From: an uncultured Armatimonadia bacterium
Lineage (GTDB): Bacteria; Armatimonadota; Zipacnadia; Zipacnadales; UBA5352
Direction of reading: 5' to 3'
Assembly (NCBI GenBank): GCA_964484945.1
Contig: CAZAHB010000003.1
Coordinates: forward strand, 600-64,599
Length of the DNA stretch: 64,000 nt
A model generated the notes under the pieces. It was not told where the DNA came from and searched no databases. It saw only the letters and a list, made by a program, of their open reading frames with translations. Shown piece after piece: positions 19,543-29,917 of the stretch. Numbering within the stretch: position 1 is the stretch's first letter; each line of letters begins with the position of its first letter. The position numbers and the translations under genes were made by a program.

Positions 19543-22053
19543 TCAGTACATGATCTGTCCGCCGGTAACGTTGATCGCCTGGCCGGTCATGTAGCCCGCC
19601 TGCTCCGATGCGAGGAAGACAACCGCGTTGCCGACGTCCTCGTAGGTGCAGCCGCGCTTCATCGGCACCTGGTCAACGTACTTCTGTCGGACCTCTTCCT
19701 CGGTGATGCCCCAGCGCTCCGCGTACTGACCGTAGAGGCTGTCCACCCACAGCGGCGAGTCGAGTAGATTGCCCGGACAGACCGCATTCACCCGGATCCC
19801 CTGCTCGGCGAACTCCAGAGCCAGCGACTGGGTCAATCCGATCCCGCCGAACTTGCTTGTGGCGTAAGCGGAGTTCTTGAATGAGCCCTTCTTGCCGGAC
19901 TTGGAGTTGATCTGGATGATGGAGCCCTTTGTCCCGCGCTCCAGCATAATCTTTGCCGCCTGTTTGGCCACGATGAAGTAGCCGACCAGGTTGACCTCCA
20001 TCACCTTCCGCCAGTCATCCACCTCGAAGCTTGGAGTATCTCCCGCAATCAGTATACCCGCATTGCTCACGACGATGTCCAGGCCGCCGAGTTGTTCGAC
20101 ACATTCCTCCATCGCAGCGGCGACAGATGCCTCGTCGGCTACATCCATCTCTACCGCGAGCCCTCGACGTCCCGTGGCTTCGGAGATGCGCTGCGCGGTC
20201 TCCTGGCCGCCCTCGAGGTTGATATCCGCCACACACACGTCCGCTCCCTCTTGCGCGAGCCGCTCGGCCAGCGCCTCGCCAAGGCCCTGGGCAGCGCCCG
20301 TCACCAGCGCGACCTTGCCGGTGAGGTGCTGGCATATCTCGCCGGCGTCGTCAACGTGATTGCGCAGCAGCGCCTCCTCGGCGTCGCGGGTCCATGCGCC
20401 GACGTCATCGAGGTTCTTCGCCGCATCCGGCTCCTCATGCGCCAGTTCGTTCAACTCGGTCAGCGGCAGGCCCCGCACGTGCGGGTAGATGACGGCCTTA
20501 CCGGTCAGTTCACTCTCCTGCACGGCCTCCAGGCCGTCCCAGGCCGCTTCCATCCCGCCCACGGCTGCCACCGCGCGGTTGGGCGCCAGATCGCCGCTGT
20601 CGGTCATCTCGATCGTGGTCTGCAGGTCCTCGATCGCCGAGCCGCTCGTTCCGGTGTAGCGCACGCCCTTCAGCGCGACATCCGAGACATCGATCTCGGC
20701 CATCGTGCCACGGGCGACCCCGGCGAAGATGTTGTACATCCCGTTCTCGCCGAGGAATGGCGCGTTCTGGGCGATCACGGCCGGGACCGGTACGAGTACC
20801 ACCACGTCATCGAACCCGTCCGGTGCGTAGCTTGCCATTTCATCATCGACGGCCTTCGGGTCGAGCTTGACCGGGTTGATGGTTACAAGCTCGCGATCGT
20901 TCTCCTCGGCCAGCGCGCCGTACCGCCGCGGGATGGTCGCGAGGCGCTCGTCGTCGATGTCCGTCGCCACGACCGTGGACGGCCCGTCCGGGTGCTCCAG
21001 CGCCCGCTGCACGTGCATCTGGCCCATCGGCCCGGCGGCGCCCACGATCAGCATCGTGCCGCCCTTCACGGGCTTGACCGATCGCGTCGCTGCGTACGCC
21101 GCACCGATCTGCAGGCCATCGTGCCCGACGTAGCGCGTCTGGTCGTAGTGGATGCGCCCCGCATCGATTTCAACCGCCCGGTCGAGCGGCTCATCGATCA
21201 TCAGGCACAGCACGCCCTCATCGGCCAGCAGCGTTGCAAGGCTTTCCACCTGATCTCCGGTTGGATCCAGCAGGATCAGGTCGTCGATGCCCCCGCGCTC
21301 CTCGGCCTCCGCCGCCAGTTCGTCCTCGTTTGCGACATCGATGCGCTCTGCATCCGCGAACTCCTCCACCAGTCCCTCCGGCGCATTCAGCGCGATGACA
21401 GTATCCACCGCGGACGCGTTCAGGTCGCCGGCTGTGAAGCCGTCGCGGGCATCCTGCCCGCCCACGATCGCAACCGTGCCCCCGTCGGCAAGCTGCTTGC
21501 GCGTCTCGACCCGGAAGGCGCAGACCACGCAGGCCCACGGTTCCGCCAGCGCCGCCTCGGAGTACCCGATATCATCGGGGATCGGGATCAGGTAGCAGCC
21601 ATCGTCACCGTCGAGGATCGGGCGGCCGATCTTCACGAACTGCTCCAGGCCGCCGTGCAGGGCATAGCCGAAAGCAAGGCCCTCGCCGTTGTAGTAGATA
21701 TCCGCCTGCACCACGAAGCGGTCGCCGACGGAGAAGTCGTCCGCGCGCCTGTCACCGACCTTCACGATCGTCAGGGCGACCTCGTGCCCCAGCACGACCG
21801 GGTCCTCTTTCAGGTCGCGGCCTGAGATGCGCGGATGATCCGGCCCGAGGCGCAGGACCTTGATGTCAGAGAAGCACAGCCCGCACGCGTCCACGCGGGC
21901 CAGCAGTTCGTCCGAGTCGATCTCGGGCGTGTCCCACTCCACGGGCTCATGGTTCTTTCCAAGGTTCTCGAGGCCGGTCCCGTACAGCGGCCAGGCCACG
22001 TTGCTGTCCGGAATGTTGGCAGTTCCATCGACAAAGCTGTCATAGTCGCTCAT
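19543..22053 (-). CDS. Fused two-domain dehydrogenase: N-terminal Zn-type MDR (sorbitol/threonine-dehydrogenase-like) alcohol dehydrogenase plus C-terminal SDR resembling sorbitol-6-phosphate 2-dehydrogenase (SrlD)
   Basis: N-terminal CGLCFSDIKV…VLGHEVALTIVKVG (MDR). C-terminal TGKVALVTGAAQGLG (SDR Rossmann), YATSKFGG (YxxxK) and the SrlD-like tail GQAINVTGGQIMY. GGAGG RBS 5 nt before the ATG. Confidence 0.75.
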   Translation of the reverse strand: MSDYDSFVDGTANIPDSNVAWPLYGTGLENLGKNHEPVEWDTPEIDSDELLARVDACGLCFSDIKVLRLGPDHPRISGRDLKEDPVVLGHEVALTIVKVGDRRADDFSVGDRFVVQADIYYNGEGLAFGYALHGGLEQFVKIGRPILDGDDGCYLIPIPDDIGYSEAALAEPWACVVCAFRVETRKQLADGGTVAIVGGQDARDGFTAGDLNASAVDTVIALNAPEGLVEEFADAERIDVANEDELAAEAEERGGIDDLILLDPTGDQVESLATLLADEGVLCLMIDEPLDRAVEIDAGRIHYDQTRYVGHDGLQIGAAYAATRSVKPVKGGTMLIVGAAGPMGQMHVQRALEHPDGPSTVVATDIDDERLATIPRRYGALAEENDRELVTINPVKLDPKAVDDEMASYAPDGFDDVVVLVPVPAVIAQNAPFLGENGMYNIFAGVARGTMAEIDVSDVALKGVRYTGTSGSAIEDLQTTIEMTDSGDLAPNRAVAAVGGMEAAWDGLEAVQESELTGKAVIYPHVRGLPLTELNELAHEEPDAAKNLDDVGAWTRDAEEALLRNHVDDAGEICQHLTGKVALVTGAAQGLGEALAERLAQEGADVCVADINLEGGQETAQRISEATGRRGLAVEMDVADEASVAAAMEECVEQLGGLDIVVSNAGILIAGDTPSFEVDDWRKVMEVNLVGYFIVAKQAAKIMLERGTKGSIIQINSKSGKKGSFKNSAYATSKFGGIGLTQSLALEFAEQGIRVNAVCPGNLLDSPLWVDSLYGQYAERWGITEEEVRQKYVDQVPMKRGCTYEDVGNAVVFLASEQAGYMTGQAINVTGGQIMY

Positions 22054-22132
22054 TGTGGCGCCTCCAGTATATGAAGTGTGGCGGGTGTCTGATATCTCGC
22101 TCTGCGGACCTCATGTCGCACGAATCGGTCTT

Positions 22133-23071
22133 TCAGCGCAGCCTCTGCTGACGATACGCCTCATCCGGCCGCGTATAGATTCGCTCCAGTTCGGTCTCGG
22201 TCAACGGCCTGATGCCGCCCCAGTTCGCTGCGTCGATGCGCACCCGCGCGGCCTTAACCGCCATCGCAGTGGCCGCCAGCACCTCGGCCGGTGTGCCGCC
22301 CATCGCGATAAGACCGTGGCTTTGCATCATGATGACCTTCGGCGGCTCGTTCCAGCGCTCGATGAAGTCATCGACCGACGCGCCGACCGCTTTCGCCAGC
22401 GGCAGGCCCGGATCGGTGTACGGGACCCACGCGGACTCGGGGCCACAACAGACCACCTCATCGGGGAACAGACGCCCGCGAATGGCCTCTTCCGGCTCCT
22501 GCGAGCACAGCAGCGCATTGATCGGCGTCGGGTGCGTGTGGCCGACGAACTCGATGCCCGGCAGGTCCAGCAGCATCGCGTGCAGGAATGTCTCGACCGA
22601 GGGCCGCACGCCATCCGCGTCGATCGACGCGAGGCGCAGGCCATCGGCAATCTCGTCGTCGGTGAGCGAATCGGCGCTCAATAGCTCCCGCGCCTTCTCC
22701 CGCGAGACGCGCACGAAGTCGTCTCCGTCGATGCCCCTCAGGGATGTGCCCGAGGCCTTAACGAAGAAGCTCTCTTCATCGGCTCCCGCGGATGTATTGC
22801 CCTCGCCGAGGATGATGTAGTCCTTCATGGGACTGCCAAGGTCCCTCGACATCTCGACCAGCGTTTGCAGTCTGTCTCCAGTCGGATCGTCTGACACGGC
22901 TTCGGCCTCCCCGGCTGATTCGCGCTTCCCTTCGAGAATCTCGTTGCACAGTTCGACACAGTCGGCGCAGATGTAAACGCCGGGCCCCGCGATCAACTCC
23001 TCAACCTGCCGGCCTTCCTCCCGACCGCAGAATGAGCAGCGCAGCGCCTGATCGTCGTTGCCCTGGGGCAT
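22133..23071 (-). CDS. Class II aldolase/adducin-family protein (fuculose/rhamnulose-1-P aldolase or ribulose-5-P epimerase type) with an N-terminal ClpX-type C4 zinc-finger domain
   Basis: N-terminal [37 protein letters not shown] matches the ClpX zinc-binding domain. The body has GEGNTSAG and FVGHTHPTP (class II aldolase metal site). Start taken at MPQGND with a GGAGGG RBS. Confidence 0.7.
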   Translation of the reverse strand: MPQGNDDQALRCSFCGREEGRQVEELIAGPGVYICADCVELCNEILEGKRESAGEAEAVSDDPTGDRLQTLVEMSRDLGSPMKDYIILGEGNTSAGADEESFFVKASGTSLRGIDGDDFVRVSREKARELLSADSLTDDEIADGLRLASIDADGVRPSVETFLHAMLLDLPGIEFVGHTHPTPINALLCSQEPEEAIRGRLFPDEVVCCGPESAWVPYTDPGLPLAKAVGASVDDFIERWNEPPKVIMMQSHGLIAMGGTPAEVLAATAMAVKAARVRIDAANWGGIRPLTETELERIYTRPDEAYRQQRLR

Positions 23072-23164
23072 GGCGCATCCCTCCGTCACGCACACCTGAG
23101 CCTACCTCAAGGAATATTCGCGCCCGCGTGGCCGGAACCCTTTCGCGACAGGTGATCGGAGCGC

Positions 23165-24757
23165 TTACTCGCGGACCTGGAGCGTGTGCTCGGCCCGCGC
23201 GGCGCGGCCCGCACTGTCCCAGACGATCAGGGTGACGCGATAGGTGCCCGGCTGTGAGTACGTGTGGCGGACGGTCTCGCCAACCACCGGCGGCCCGTCC
23301 CCGAGGTCCCACATTGCGACATCGATCTCACCGTCACCGGGCTCTGAGACGCTGGTCAGCGTTACCTCGGCGTCGCAGGAGACTGCGTCGGGCGCGTCGA
23401 TGGCCGCGGTCGGCGGCGGGGTCGCAAACGGCTTCTGATCCGGGAGGGCGTCGGTGGCGTTGCCCGTGACCGTGCAGTCCTCGAACTGCAGCGCGGTGTA
23501 CTCGCCCGGCCCCGAAACCGCTGCTCCGCCATTGTCCACGATCTCGCAGCCGATGAAGCGCAGCCGGTCCACATCGGGCCCGCCAAGCTGCAGGCCCAGC
23601 TTCGCATTCTCGGCCATGCGACAGTCCTCGAACACGAGGTTCGTCACACCACCGTTCGTGCGGAACCCGTGCCCCTCGTGGCCCTCGTACGGCACGCGCC
23701 CGCGCTCGACCGTGGTGCCGGTGAAGTCGCAATCGTAGAGGTACTGGCGCTGGATCCCGGTATCGTTGCCCTGGAACTGTGCGCCCCACTGGCTGCAGCG
23801 GCGGATGATGTTGCGCCCGTAGAAGACGTGACGCTTCTCCCGGTTGCCGGACACGGAGATGCCGATCGACTGGCCGTCATCGACGAGGTTGCCGGTCACG
23901 ATCCCGTAGCTGCCTATGATCTCCAGGCCGTAGCCCGCGAAGGTCCCATCCTTCGCGCTGACGGTGTTGTTGCGCACTGCGAACCAGTCGCAGCCACCGA
24001 CGCTCAGCCAGTGGTCGATCGTGTTGTCTTCGACCACGCAATGATTGCAGTCGCCCCAGATCTCGATTCCCAGCCGCAGTCCGCCGGATTGCTCGACGGT
24101 GTTGCCGCGGATGACGAGGTCGCTGGAGCCGTTGTCGGCGAATATGCCGCCGCGGCCCGTTTTGCGGATGGTGTTGCGCAGGATCGCGTTCCCCGAACTG
24201 CCCCACGAGAGCCGTATGCCGCCACCGAAATTCGCTCCCACGCCGATGTTTTCGATCAGGCAGTCGCTGATCTCGCTGTCGGTAACGCCGCGCTCCTTCG
24301 ACGGGTTGTGCCCGTTGAAGTGGATCGCGTGCGGCCCGAAGCTCTCGGTGGGCACCAGGTCGCGAATGCCGACCCGGGTGATGGTAATGCGCCGGGAGTT
24401 GCCTCCGGCGATGCCCAGCAGGCAGTTCGCGTTCGATGCACCGTCGAGTGTCAGGTCGCTGACCGTGACGTCCTCGCAACCGTTAATGCGCAGCATCACC
24501 GCCGGGTTCTCGCCCACGAACCGCACCACGGTCTCGTCGCGGCCCGCCCCGCGGATCCCAACACCGGACTTCGCGACGATGGCGCCATCGATCTGGTACT
24601 CATCGGCGCTCAGCAGCACGGTATCACCGGCCGCCGCGCCATCGATCGCGGACTGAATGGCCGGCAGATCGCGCCCCTCGACTTCGATTGTGTCGGCGAA
24701 CGCCGCGGTCGTCAGCACCGCGCACAGCAATACGCAGCAGATTACTCGCCTGATCAT
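23165..24757 (-). CDS. Secreted right-handed parallel beta-helix repeat protein with a C-terminal PKD domain
   Basis: Signal peptide MIRRVICCVLLCAVLTTAAFA. Repeated N/G-rich beta-helix rungs (ILRNTIRKTGRGGIFADNGSSDLVIRGNTV…). C-terminal PKD-like WDLGDG…HTYSQPGTYRVTL. Confidence 0.7.
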   Translation of the reverse strand: MIRRVICCVLLCAVLTTAAFADTIEVEGRDLPAIQSAIDGAAAGDTVLLSADEYQIDGAIVAKSGVGIRGAGRDETVVRFVGENPAVMLRINGCEDVTVSDLTLDGASNANCLLGIAGGNSRRITITRVGIRDLVPTESFGPHAIHFNGHNPSKERGVTDSEISDCLIENIGVGANFGGGIRLSWGSSGNAILRNTIRKTGRGGIFADNGSSDLVIRGNTVEQSGGLRLGIEIWGDCNHCVVEDNTIDHWLSVGGCDWFAVRNNTVSAKDGTFAGYGLEIIGSYGIVTGNLVDDGQSIGISVSGNREKRHVFYGRNIIRRCSQWGAQFQGNDTGIQRQYLYDCDFTGTTVERGRVPYEGHEGHGFRTNGGVTNLVFEDCRMAENAKLGLQLGGPDVDRLRFIGCEIVDNGGAAVSGPGEYTALQFEDCTVTGNATDALPDQKPFATPPPTAAIDAPDAVSCDAEVTLTSVSEPGDGEIDVAMWDLGDGPPVVGETVRHTYSQPGTYRVTLIVWDSAGRAARAEHTLQVRE

Positions 24758-24907
24758 TGATCGAGCCCCCGTGGAAGCAGAGATAGACCTCGCAGACCCC
24801 TTCGCGCAGACTCCGGCGGGACCTCCGTGGACGCGTGTCGCTTCATGGGATGAGTACATGCGAAGAGGGCGCCTACAGACGCCCTCGTGCAGGTTTGTCG
24901 CTCGTGA

Positions 24908-26368
24908 TTACAACTCCGCGCGCTTCGTGTGCCAGTCGGTCGCCTGCTGGTAGGCGTCGCCGACGCGCATGATCGTGTCTTCCTCGAAGGGCCGGCCCAT
25001 GATCTGCAGACCGACCGGCATGCCGTCCGCCATCCCGCACGGGATGCTCAGAGCGGGAATGCCCGCGAGGTTCACCGGGATGGTGCAGATATCCGCCAGC
25101 TTCATCTGCAGCGGGTCATCGGCTTTCTCGCCGATCTCGAACGCGACCGTCGGCGAAGTGGGGGACAGCAGCACGTCATGGTCCTCGAAGGCAGCGTCGA
25201 AATCGTTCTTGATCAGCGTGCGGACCTTCTGCGCCTTCAGGTAGTAGGCGTCATAGTAGCCGGCGCTGAGTCCGAATGTCCCGAGCATGATGCGCAAGCG
25301 CACCTCGGGGCCGAAGCCCTCGCCGCGGGACTTGGCGAACAGGTCGTAGACATCATCGAGAGATTCCTCGGTCCGGTGACCGTAGCGGACGCCGTCGAAG
25401 CGCGCGAGGTTGCTGGCCGCCTCTGCAGTCGCAATAAGATAGTACACTGGAAGTGAGAAATCGACATTGGGCATCTCGACCTCTTCGATCGCCACGCCCA
25501 GGTCCTCAAGCTCTGAGATCGCCGCCTCGATGGTGGCCTTCACGTCCGGGTCGATGCCCTCGCCCATCAGTTCCTTCGGCACACCCGCGCGCAGGCCGGT
25601 CACATCGCCGGTGAGCGCCTCGACGTAGTCCGGCACATCGATATCCGCGGAGGTCGCGTCGCGCTGGTCCTGCCCGGCCAATACGTTCATGGCAAGCGCG
25701 CAATCGCGCACGTCCTTGGCCAGCGGCCCCACCTGGTCGAGCGAGGACGCGTAGGCGATCAGCCCGTAGCGCGAAACGCGGCCGTAGGTGGGCTTGAGGC
25801 CCGAGATGCCGCACAGGGATGCCGGCTGGCGGATCGAGCCACCGGTGTCCGAGCCCAGCGCGATCGGGACCTGGCCGGCGGCGACCGCCGCGGCGGAGCC
25901 TCCCGATGAGCCGCCGGGCACGCGGTCGAGATCCCACGGGTTGCGCGTGACCTTGTAGGCGGAGTTCTCCGTGGAAGAGCCCATCGCGAACTCGTCCATG
26001 TTCGCCTTGCCGACCATCGGCATGCCCGCATCGCGGCAACGCCTGACGGTGGTGGCGTCGTAGGGCGGGCGGAAGCCCTCGAGGATCTTCGAGCCGCAGG
26101 TGGTAGGCACCCCGCGCGTACAGAGCACGTCCTTGATGGCGACGGGAACGCCCGCGAGCGGTCCGGGCTCCTCGCCGCCTGCGCGGAGGTCATCGACCTG
26201 CTTCGCCTGCTCCATCGCCTCATCGCGGGTAAGCGCGAGGAATGCGTCCACCTTCTCCTCGACCTCGTCGATCCTGTCGAAATGCGCTTCGGTCACGTCA
26301 ACAGCCGAGACCTCGCCAGATGCGAGGTGCTCGCCGAGTTCAAATGCCGTCATCTCATGCAGCTTCAC
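24908..26368 (-). CDS. gatA: Glutamyl-tRNA(Gln)/aspartyl-tRNA(Asn) amidotransferase subunit A
   Basis: Amidase signature [14 protein letters not shown] and the [18 protein letters not shown] motif. Confidence 0.9.
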   Translation of the reverse strand: MKLHEMTAFELGEHLASGEVSAVDVTEAHFDRIDEVEEKVDAFLALTRDEAMEQAKQVDDLRAGGEEPGPLAGVPVAIKDVLCTRGVPTTCGSKILEGFRPPYDATTVRRCRDAGMPMVGKANMDEFAMGSSTENSAYKVTRNPWDLDRVPGGSSGGSAAAVAAGQVPIALGSDTGGSIRQPASLCGISGLKPTYGRVSRYGLIAYASSLDQVGPLAKDVRDCALAMNVLAGQDQRDATSADIDVPDYVEALTGDVTGLRAGVPKELMGEGIDPDVKATIEAAISELEDLGVAIEEVEMPNVDFSLPVYYLIATAEAASNLARFDGVRYGHRTEESLDDVYDLFAKSRGEGFGPEVRLRIMLGTFGLSAGYYDAYYLKAQKVRTLIKNDFDAAFEDHDVLLSPTSPTVAFEIGEKADDPLQMKLADICTIPVNLAGIPALSIPCGMADGMPVGLQIMGRPFEEDTIMRVGDAYQQATDWHTKRAEL

Positions 26369-26439
26369 GGTGGTGCCTCCGTGTCAAAAGCTCTGGAAAA
26401 GATCCTATAGGTAGTGCCGGCGCCCTCGCCGGCACGCCG

Positions 26440-26733
26440 TCACTCCTCAACAATCCGCGGAACCTTGAAGAATTCCTCCGCCGCGTCGGGCGCGTTGGCG
26501 ACGACCTCTTCGGGTGTCAGCGACTCGCCGACCTCGTCCTCGCGGTAGACATTGGTCATCGGGATCACGTGCGAGGTGCCCTCGATGTCATCGGTGTCCA
26601 CTTCCTGAAGCTTGTCCGCGTGCTCGAGGATGCGGCCCATTTCGTGCTGAAGACGATCGATCTCTTCGTCGCTGAGGTCCAATCGCGCCAGCGTGGCGAC
26701 ATGTTCGACGACTTTTCGTGATACATCGGGCAT
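26440..26733 (-). CDS. gatC: Glu-tRNA(Gln)/Asp-tRNA(Asn) amidotransferase subunit C
   Basis: 97-aa protein with VEHVATLARLDLSDEE, a typical GatC start. Lies immediately upstream of gatA. Confidence 0.85.
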   Translation of the reverse strand: MPDVSRKVVEHVATLARLDLSDEEIDRLQHEMGRILEHADKLQEVDTDDIEGTSHVIPMTNVYREDEVGESLTPEEVVANAPDAAEEFFKVPRIVEE

Positions 26734-27044
26734 GGGGGAATGCTCCTCCCGCCTGATCTGGTGGAACGTCAGTTCCTTCGCGTCAGACTACGGGGGCAAT
26801 CTTAGCAGGAGAGGAAGTTACCGTCAACTTGAGGTGGCATGCTTGCAGGAGCAAAGTGATAATGTCCGGTTGGGGCAAAGTAGAAATGTCCTCGTCGCGT
26901 GGCGAGAGCCGCGAGATCTCCGGGGCTCCGTCTTCGCGGCCCCGGTCACTGCGTCGGCGAGGCAGGTCCTCTCCCGCTTCGCTTGGAATACTCACTTCGG
27001 CCGTGGTCGCGATCCAGCACCAGGAAGCGCCGGGAGGAAATACC

Positions 27045-29123
27045 ATGTTGAAGCCGACATTCTACGCAGCACTTGTCCTTGTAACATGCGCACATCTGTC
27101 TGCGCAGGTTGTCGATCCGCTGGAGGCAGATGAGCATACGCTCCTGCTGTACCACTTCGACGGGAGCGATACGGCTGTCGAAGACGCGGGGCCGTTGGAC
27201 CTCAACGGCACGGTTGTGGAGGGCGAGGACGTAGAGGCCGTCGAGACGCCCGAGCGCACTGACGGCGTGTGCGGGCAGGCGCTGAGGCTCAATCCGAACC
27301 AGGCAATCGTCCTGCCCGAGACACCCGAGAAGCTCCGCGGAATGGACGCGCTCACTGTTGAGGCATGGTTCCGCTCCAGCAATGAGGATCCATCACATCG
27401 CCAGCGCCTGGTGCTCTACTGGGAGCACTACCTGATAAGCATCTTCGCGGGCGGACGCCTGATGGGCCACATCTACGACCAGGATGCGACGAAGTACATC
27501 CTGCGCGGCAGCACGTCCGTCGAGCCGAACCGGTGGTACCACGTGGCGCTGACGTGGGACGGCGAGCGCGCCAGGTTGTGGCTGAACGGGCGGCAACAGT
27601 CGAGCGCGCGCATGGCCGGCACGGTCAACGCCGATCCGAGTGGCGGTCTGCAGATCGGTGCGGTCGGCGGCGACTGGTTCGAGGGCGAAATCGACGAACT
27701 TCGGATTTCCGATGTCGCGCGCACAACCTTTCCCGCGGCCCGACAGTATGACTTCTGCAGGCCCTCCGAGACTCTCCTGATCGCCGAGGGGACCGCGCGC
27801 ATGATCTTCGACCCGCTCGTGCCCGACACCGTCTCCTCAGTCACGTGCAGAGCGGAACTGGGTGACGCGGCCGAAGCTGCTGCCACTATTGGCGAGGACG
27901 CATTCGAACCCTACGGTGAAGGGCTGCACACGGCCAGCAGCGAGGTACTGCTGGACGTGCCCGAAGGGCTCGCCGGCGAGATGACCTTCACCGCCGAGAT
28001 TCGCTACGAAGAGGACGGAGAGACTGTGGTCGTCGAGCGCGAGTTCCCGGTGTCGGTCGAGCAGTTCGTCGAGCCACCGGCTTCGGAGTTCCGTGGCGCC
28101 TGGACGCACAGCCACCGGATCGAGGACCCCGAGGACATCTTCTCGCGCATGGCCGCAGGCGGCCTGAACGCTGCGGTGATGCGCGTCCGGCGCGGCGAGA
28201 CCGCATACTACAACTCCGCCCTGGGGCCGATTTCGAAGATCCCGTTCGAGAACGACGACCTGATTCATGAGTGTGTTGCCGCCTGCGAGCGCCACGACAT
28301 AGACCTGCACTGCTACGTGAACAACTTCCCGATCGGCTCGCCAGGCAGCGACTACGCGCAGCAGTTGAAGGCGGAGGGCCGCTGGCAGAAGACCGCTGCC
28401 GGAGAGGACTGGCCGTGGCTGTGCCCGAGCCAGGAGGCGAACCTGCAACTGGTCGAGGACGCGATGGTGGAGCTTGTGGAGGACTATGATATCGCGGGCG
28501 TGCAGTACGACTTCATCCGCTACGGCCGTAGGGACGTGTGCTTCTGCGAGCACTGCCGGGCGAAGTTCGAGGAGCGCATCGGCCACCAGGTCGAAAACTG
28601 GCCCGACGACTGCCTCGAGGACGGTCCGCTGCACGAAGAGTGGATGGACCAACGGGCTGATCTGATCACCGAGGCGGTGCGCCGCACCAGCGCAGCCGTG
28701 CGCGAGGTGGACCCGGATGCGATCATCTCGGCGGCGGTCTTCGCGCAACCGCCGGAAGAGGCGAAGTACGGCGTCGGTCAGGACTGGAGCCGCTGGTGCC
28801 GCGAGGGGCTGCTGGATGTGCTCTGCCCGATGTCCTACACAGGCGACAATGCCGCCTATGAGGAAACGGTCAGCACCATTCTCGACGCGGTCGGCGAGTA
28901 CCTGCCGGTCTACGCGGGGATCGGCCTGCGCTCCGGGCGGCAGAATATGCACTACCCCGAGCAACTCGCGGCGAAGCTCAACATCGCCCGGCGGCTCGGC
29001 GCAGACGGCTTCAACATGTTCTGCATCACACCGAAGACAGATGCCCCGGAGGCTGTCGTCATTCCGCTGCGAGAGCGATTCCTTCCCGGCGACGGCCGGG
29101 CCGAAGGGACAGGTGAAGAGTGA
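27045..29123 (+). CDS. Secreted LamG/concanavalin-A-like lectin domain plus a putative glycoside-hydrolase-like (GHL10-like) TIM-barrel protein
   Basis: Start chosen at MLKPTFYAALVLVTCAHLSAQ (signal peptide) with GGAGG upstream. N-terminal Laminin_G_3-like region (…WYHVALTWDGERARLWLNG…). C-terminal FIRYGRRDVCFCEHCRAKFEE motif as in GHL10-type proteins. The family call is tentative. Confidence 0.55.
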   Translation: MLKPTFYAALVLVTCAHLSAQVVDPLEADEHTLLLYHFDGSDTAVEDAGPLDLNGTVVEGEDVEAVETPERTDGVCGQALRLNPNQAIVLPETPEKLRGMDALTVEAWFRSSNEDPSHRQRLVLYWEHYLISIFAGGRLMGHIYDQDATKYILRGSTSVEPNRWYHVALTWDGERARLWLNGRQQSSARMAGTVNADPSGGLQIGAVGGDWFEGEIDELRISDVARTTFPAARQYDFCRPSETLLIAEGTARMIFDPLVPDTVSSVTCRAELGDAAEAAATIGEDAFEPYGEGLHTASSEVLLDVPEGLAGEMTFTAEIRYEEDGETVVVEREFPVSVEQFVEPPASEFRGAWTHSHRIEDPEDIFSRMAAGGLNAAVMRVRRGETAYYNSALGPISKIPFENDDLIHECVAACERHDIDLHCYVNNFPIGSPGSDYAQQLKAEGRWQKTAAGEDWPWLCPSQEANLQLVEDAMVELVEDYDIAGVQYDFIRYGRRDVCFCEHCRAKFEERIGHQVENWPDDCLEDGPLHEEWMDQRADLITEAVRRTSAAVREVDPDAIISAAVFAQPPEEAKYGVGQDWSRWCREGLLDVLCPMSYTGDNAAYEETVSTILDAVGEYLPVYAGIGLRSGRQNMHYPEQLAAKLNIARRLGADGFNMFCITPKTDAPEAVVIPLRERFLPGDGRAEGTGEE

Positions 29124-29845
29124 GAAGTGAAAAGGGAACGGCGACGGCACGGCTCCTGCGGCCCCTGTTGTTGAGCATACTGGCTGTGACGGTCTCTGTG
29201 CTGCCGGTGATAGCGCAGGATGAGGGTGCGCGCACGATCTGCTTTGCCCAAGGCGAGTGGGACGCCGCGGAGTGGACGCCACTGCGACTGCCACTGCACC
29301 CGGAAGTGCAGCAGTTCATCCAGCGGCCCGAATCCGTGGGCACCGACACCTTCACCCGCGAGGAGATCAAGCGGCATCTCGACAACGTTCTGATGATGAC
29401 AGACAGCGGGCTGCAGGAGGGCCAGTTCGAGGTCGAGTTCGGCATCGGCCCGGAGAAGGGCACCGCCCCGGGGATACTCCTGTCCCCAACCACCGAGGGC
29501 GATACACTGCAGACGGGCATCGCCGTCTTCGTGGCGGATTACACCATGGCGGTGTGGCGCGTGACCACTCATCCGGAGACCCGGGAGACGGAGTACGAAC
29601 ACCTGGTGCGCCTCGCGCGCTATCAGGCCCCCGACCAGCGCCACAGTCTGCGCGCGCGCTGGAGCAAGCGCAGCCGGCGGGTCGCGCTGCAGGTCGATGA
29701 CTCGAGCGTGGTCGTACTGCGCCTGCCCGAGCACGAGATCAACTCGAAAATCGGCATCTGGGGCTGTCACGGCACGTGCGATTTCTACGAGATGACAGTA
29801 CGCGAGACCGGAAGGCTGCCGTGGAAGGGAACGGCGTCGGAGTGA
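29120..29845 (+). CDS. Secreted hypothetical protein
   Basis: Signal peptide LLRPLLLSILAVTVSVLPVIAQ. Overlaps the preceding gene by 4 nt. Confidence 0.5.
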   Translation: MRSEKGTATARLLRPLLLSILAVTVSVLPVIAQDEGARTICFAQGEWDAAEWTPLRLPLHPEVQQFIQRPESVGTDTFTREEIKRHLDNVLMMTDSGLQEGQFEVEFGIGPEKGTAPGILLSPTTEGDTLQTGIAVFVADYTMAVWRVTTHPETRETEYEHLVRLARYQAPDQRHSLRARWSKRSRRVALQVDDSSVVVLRLPEHEINSKIGIWGCHGTCDFYEMTVRETGRLPWKGTASE

Positions 29846-29849
29846 GGAC

Positions 29850-29893
29850 GGTCACAAGTCGCAGGTCGCAAGTCGCAAGCAACGACTGACGGC
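29850..29893. repeat. GTCGCAAG-type tandem repeat block
   Basis: gtcacaagtcgcaggtcgcaagtcgcaagcaacgactgacggc lies directly after the stop of the preceding gene. Confidence 0.5.
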
Positions 29894-29917
29894 ACACACG
29901 TTACTGGGGGCGCATCG

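Noticed and set aside
23072-23095. Alternative upstream start MCVTEGCA for the ZnF-aldolase
   Set aside because: Those residues overlap the GGAGGG Shine-Dalgarno of the MPQGND start, so they are more likely 5' UTR.
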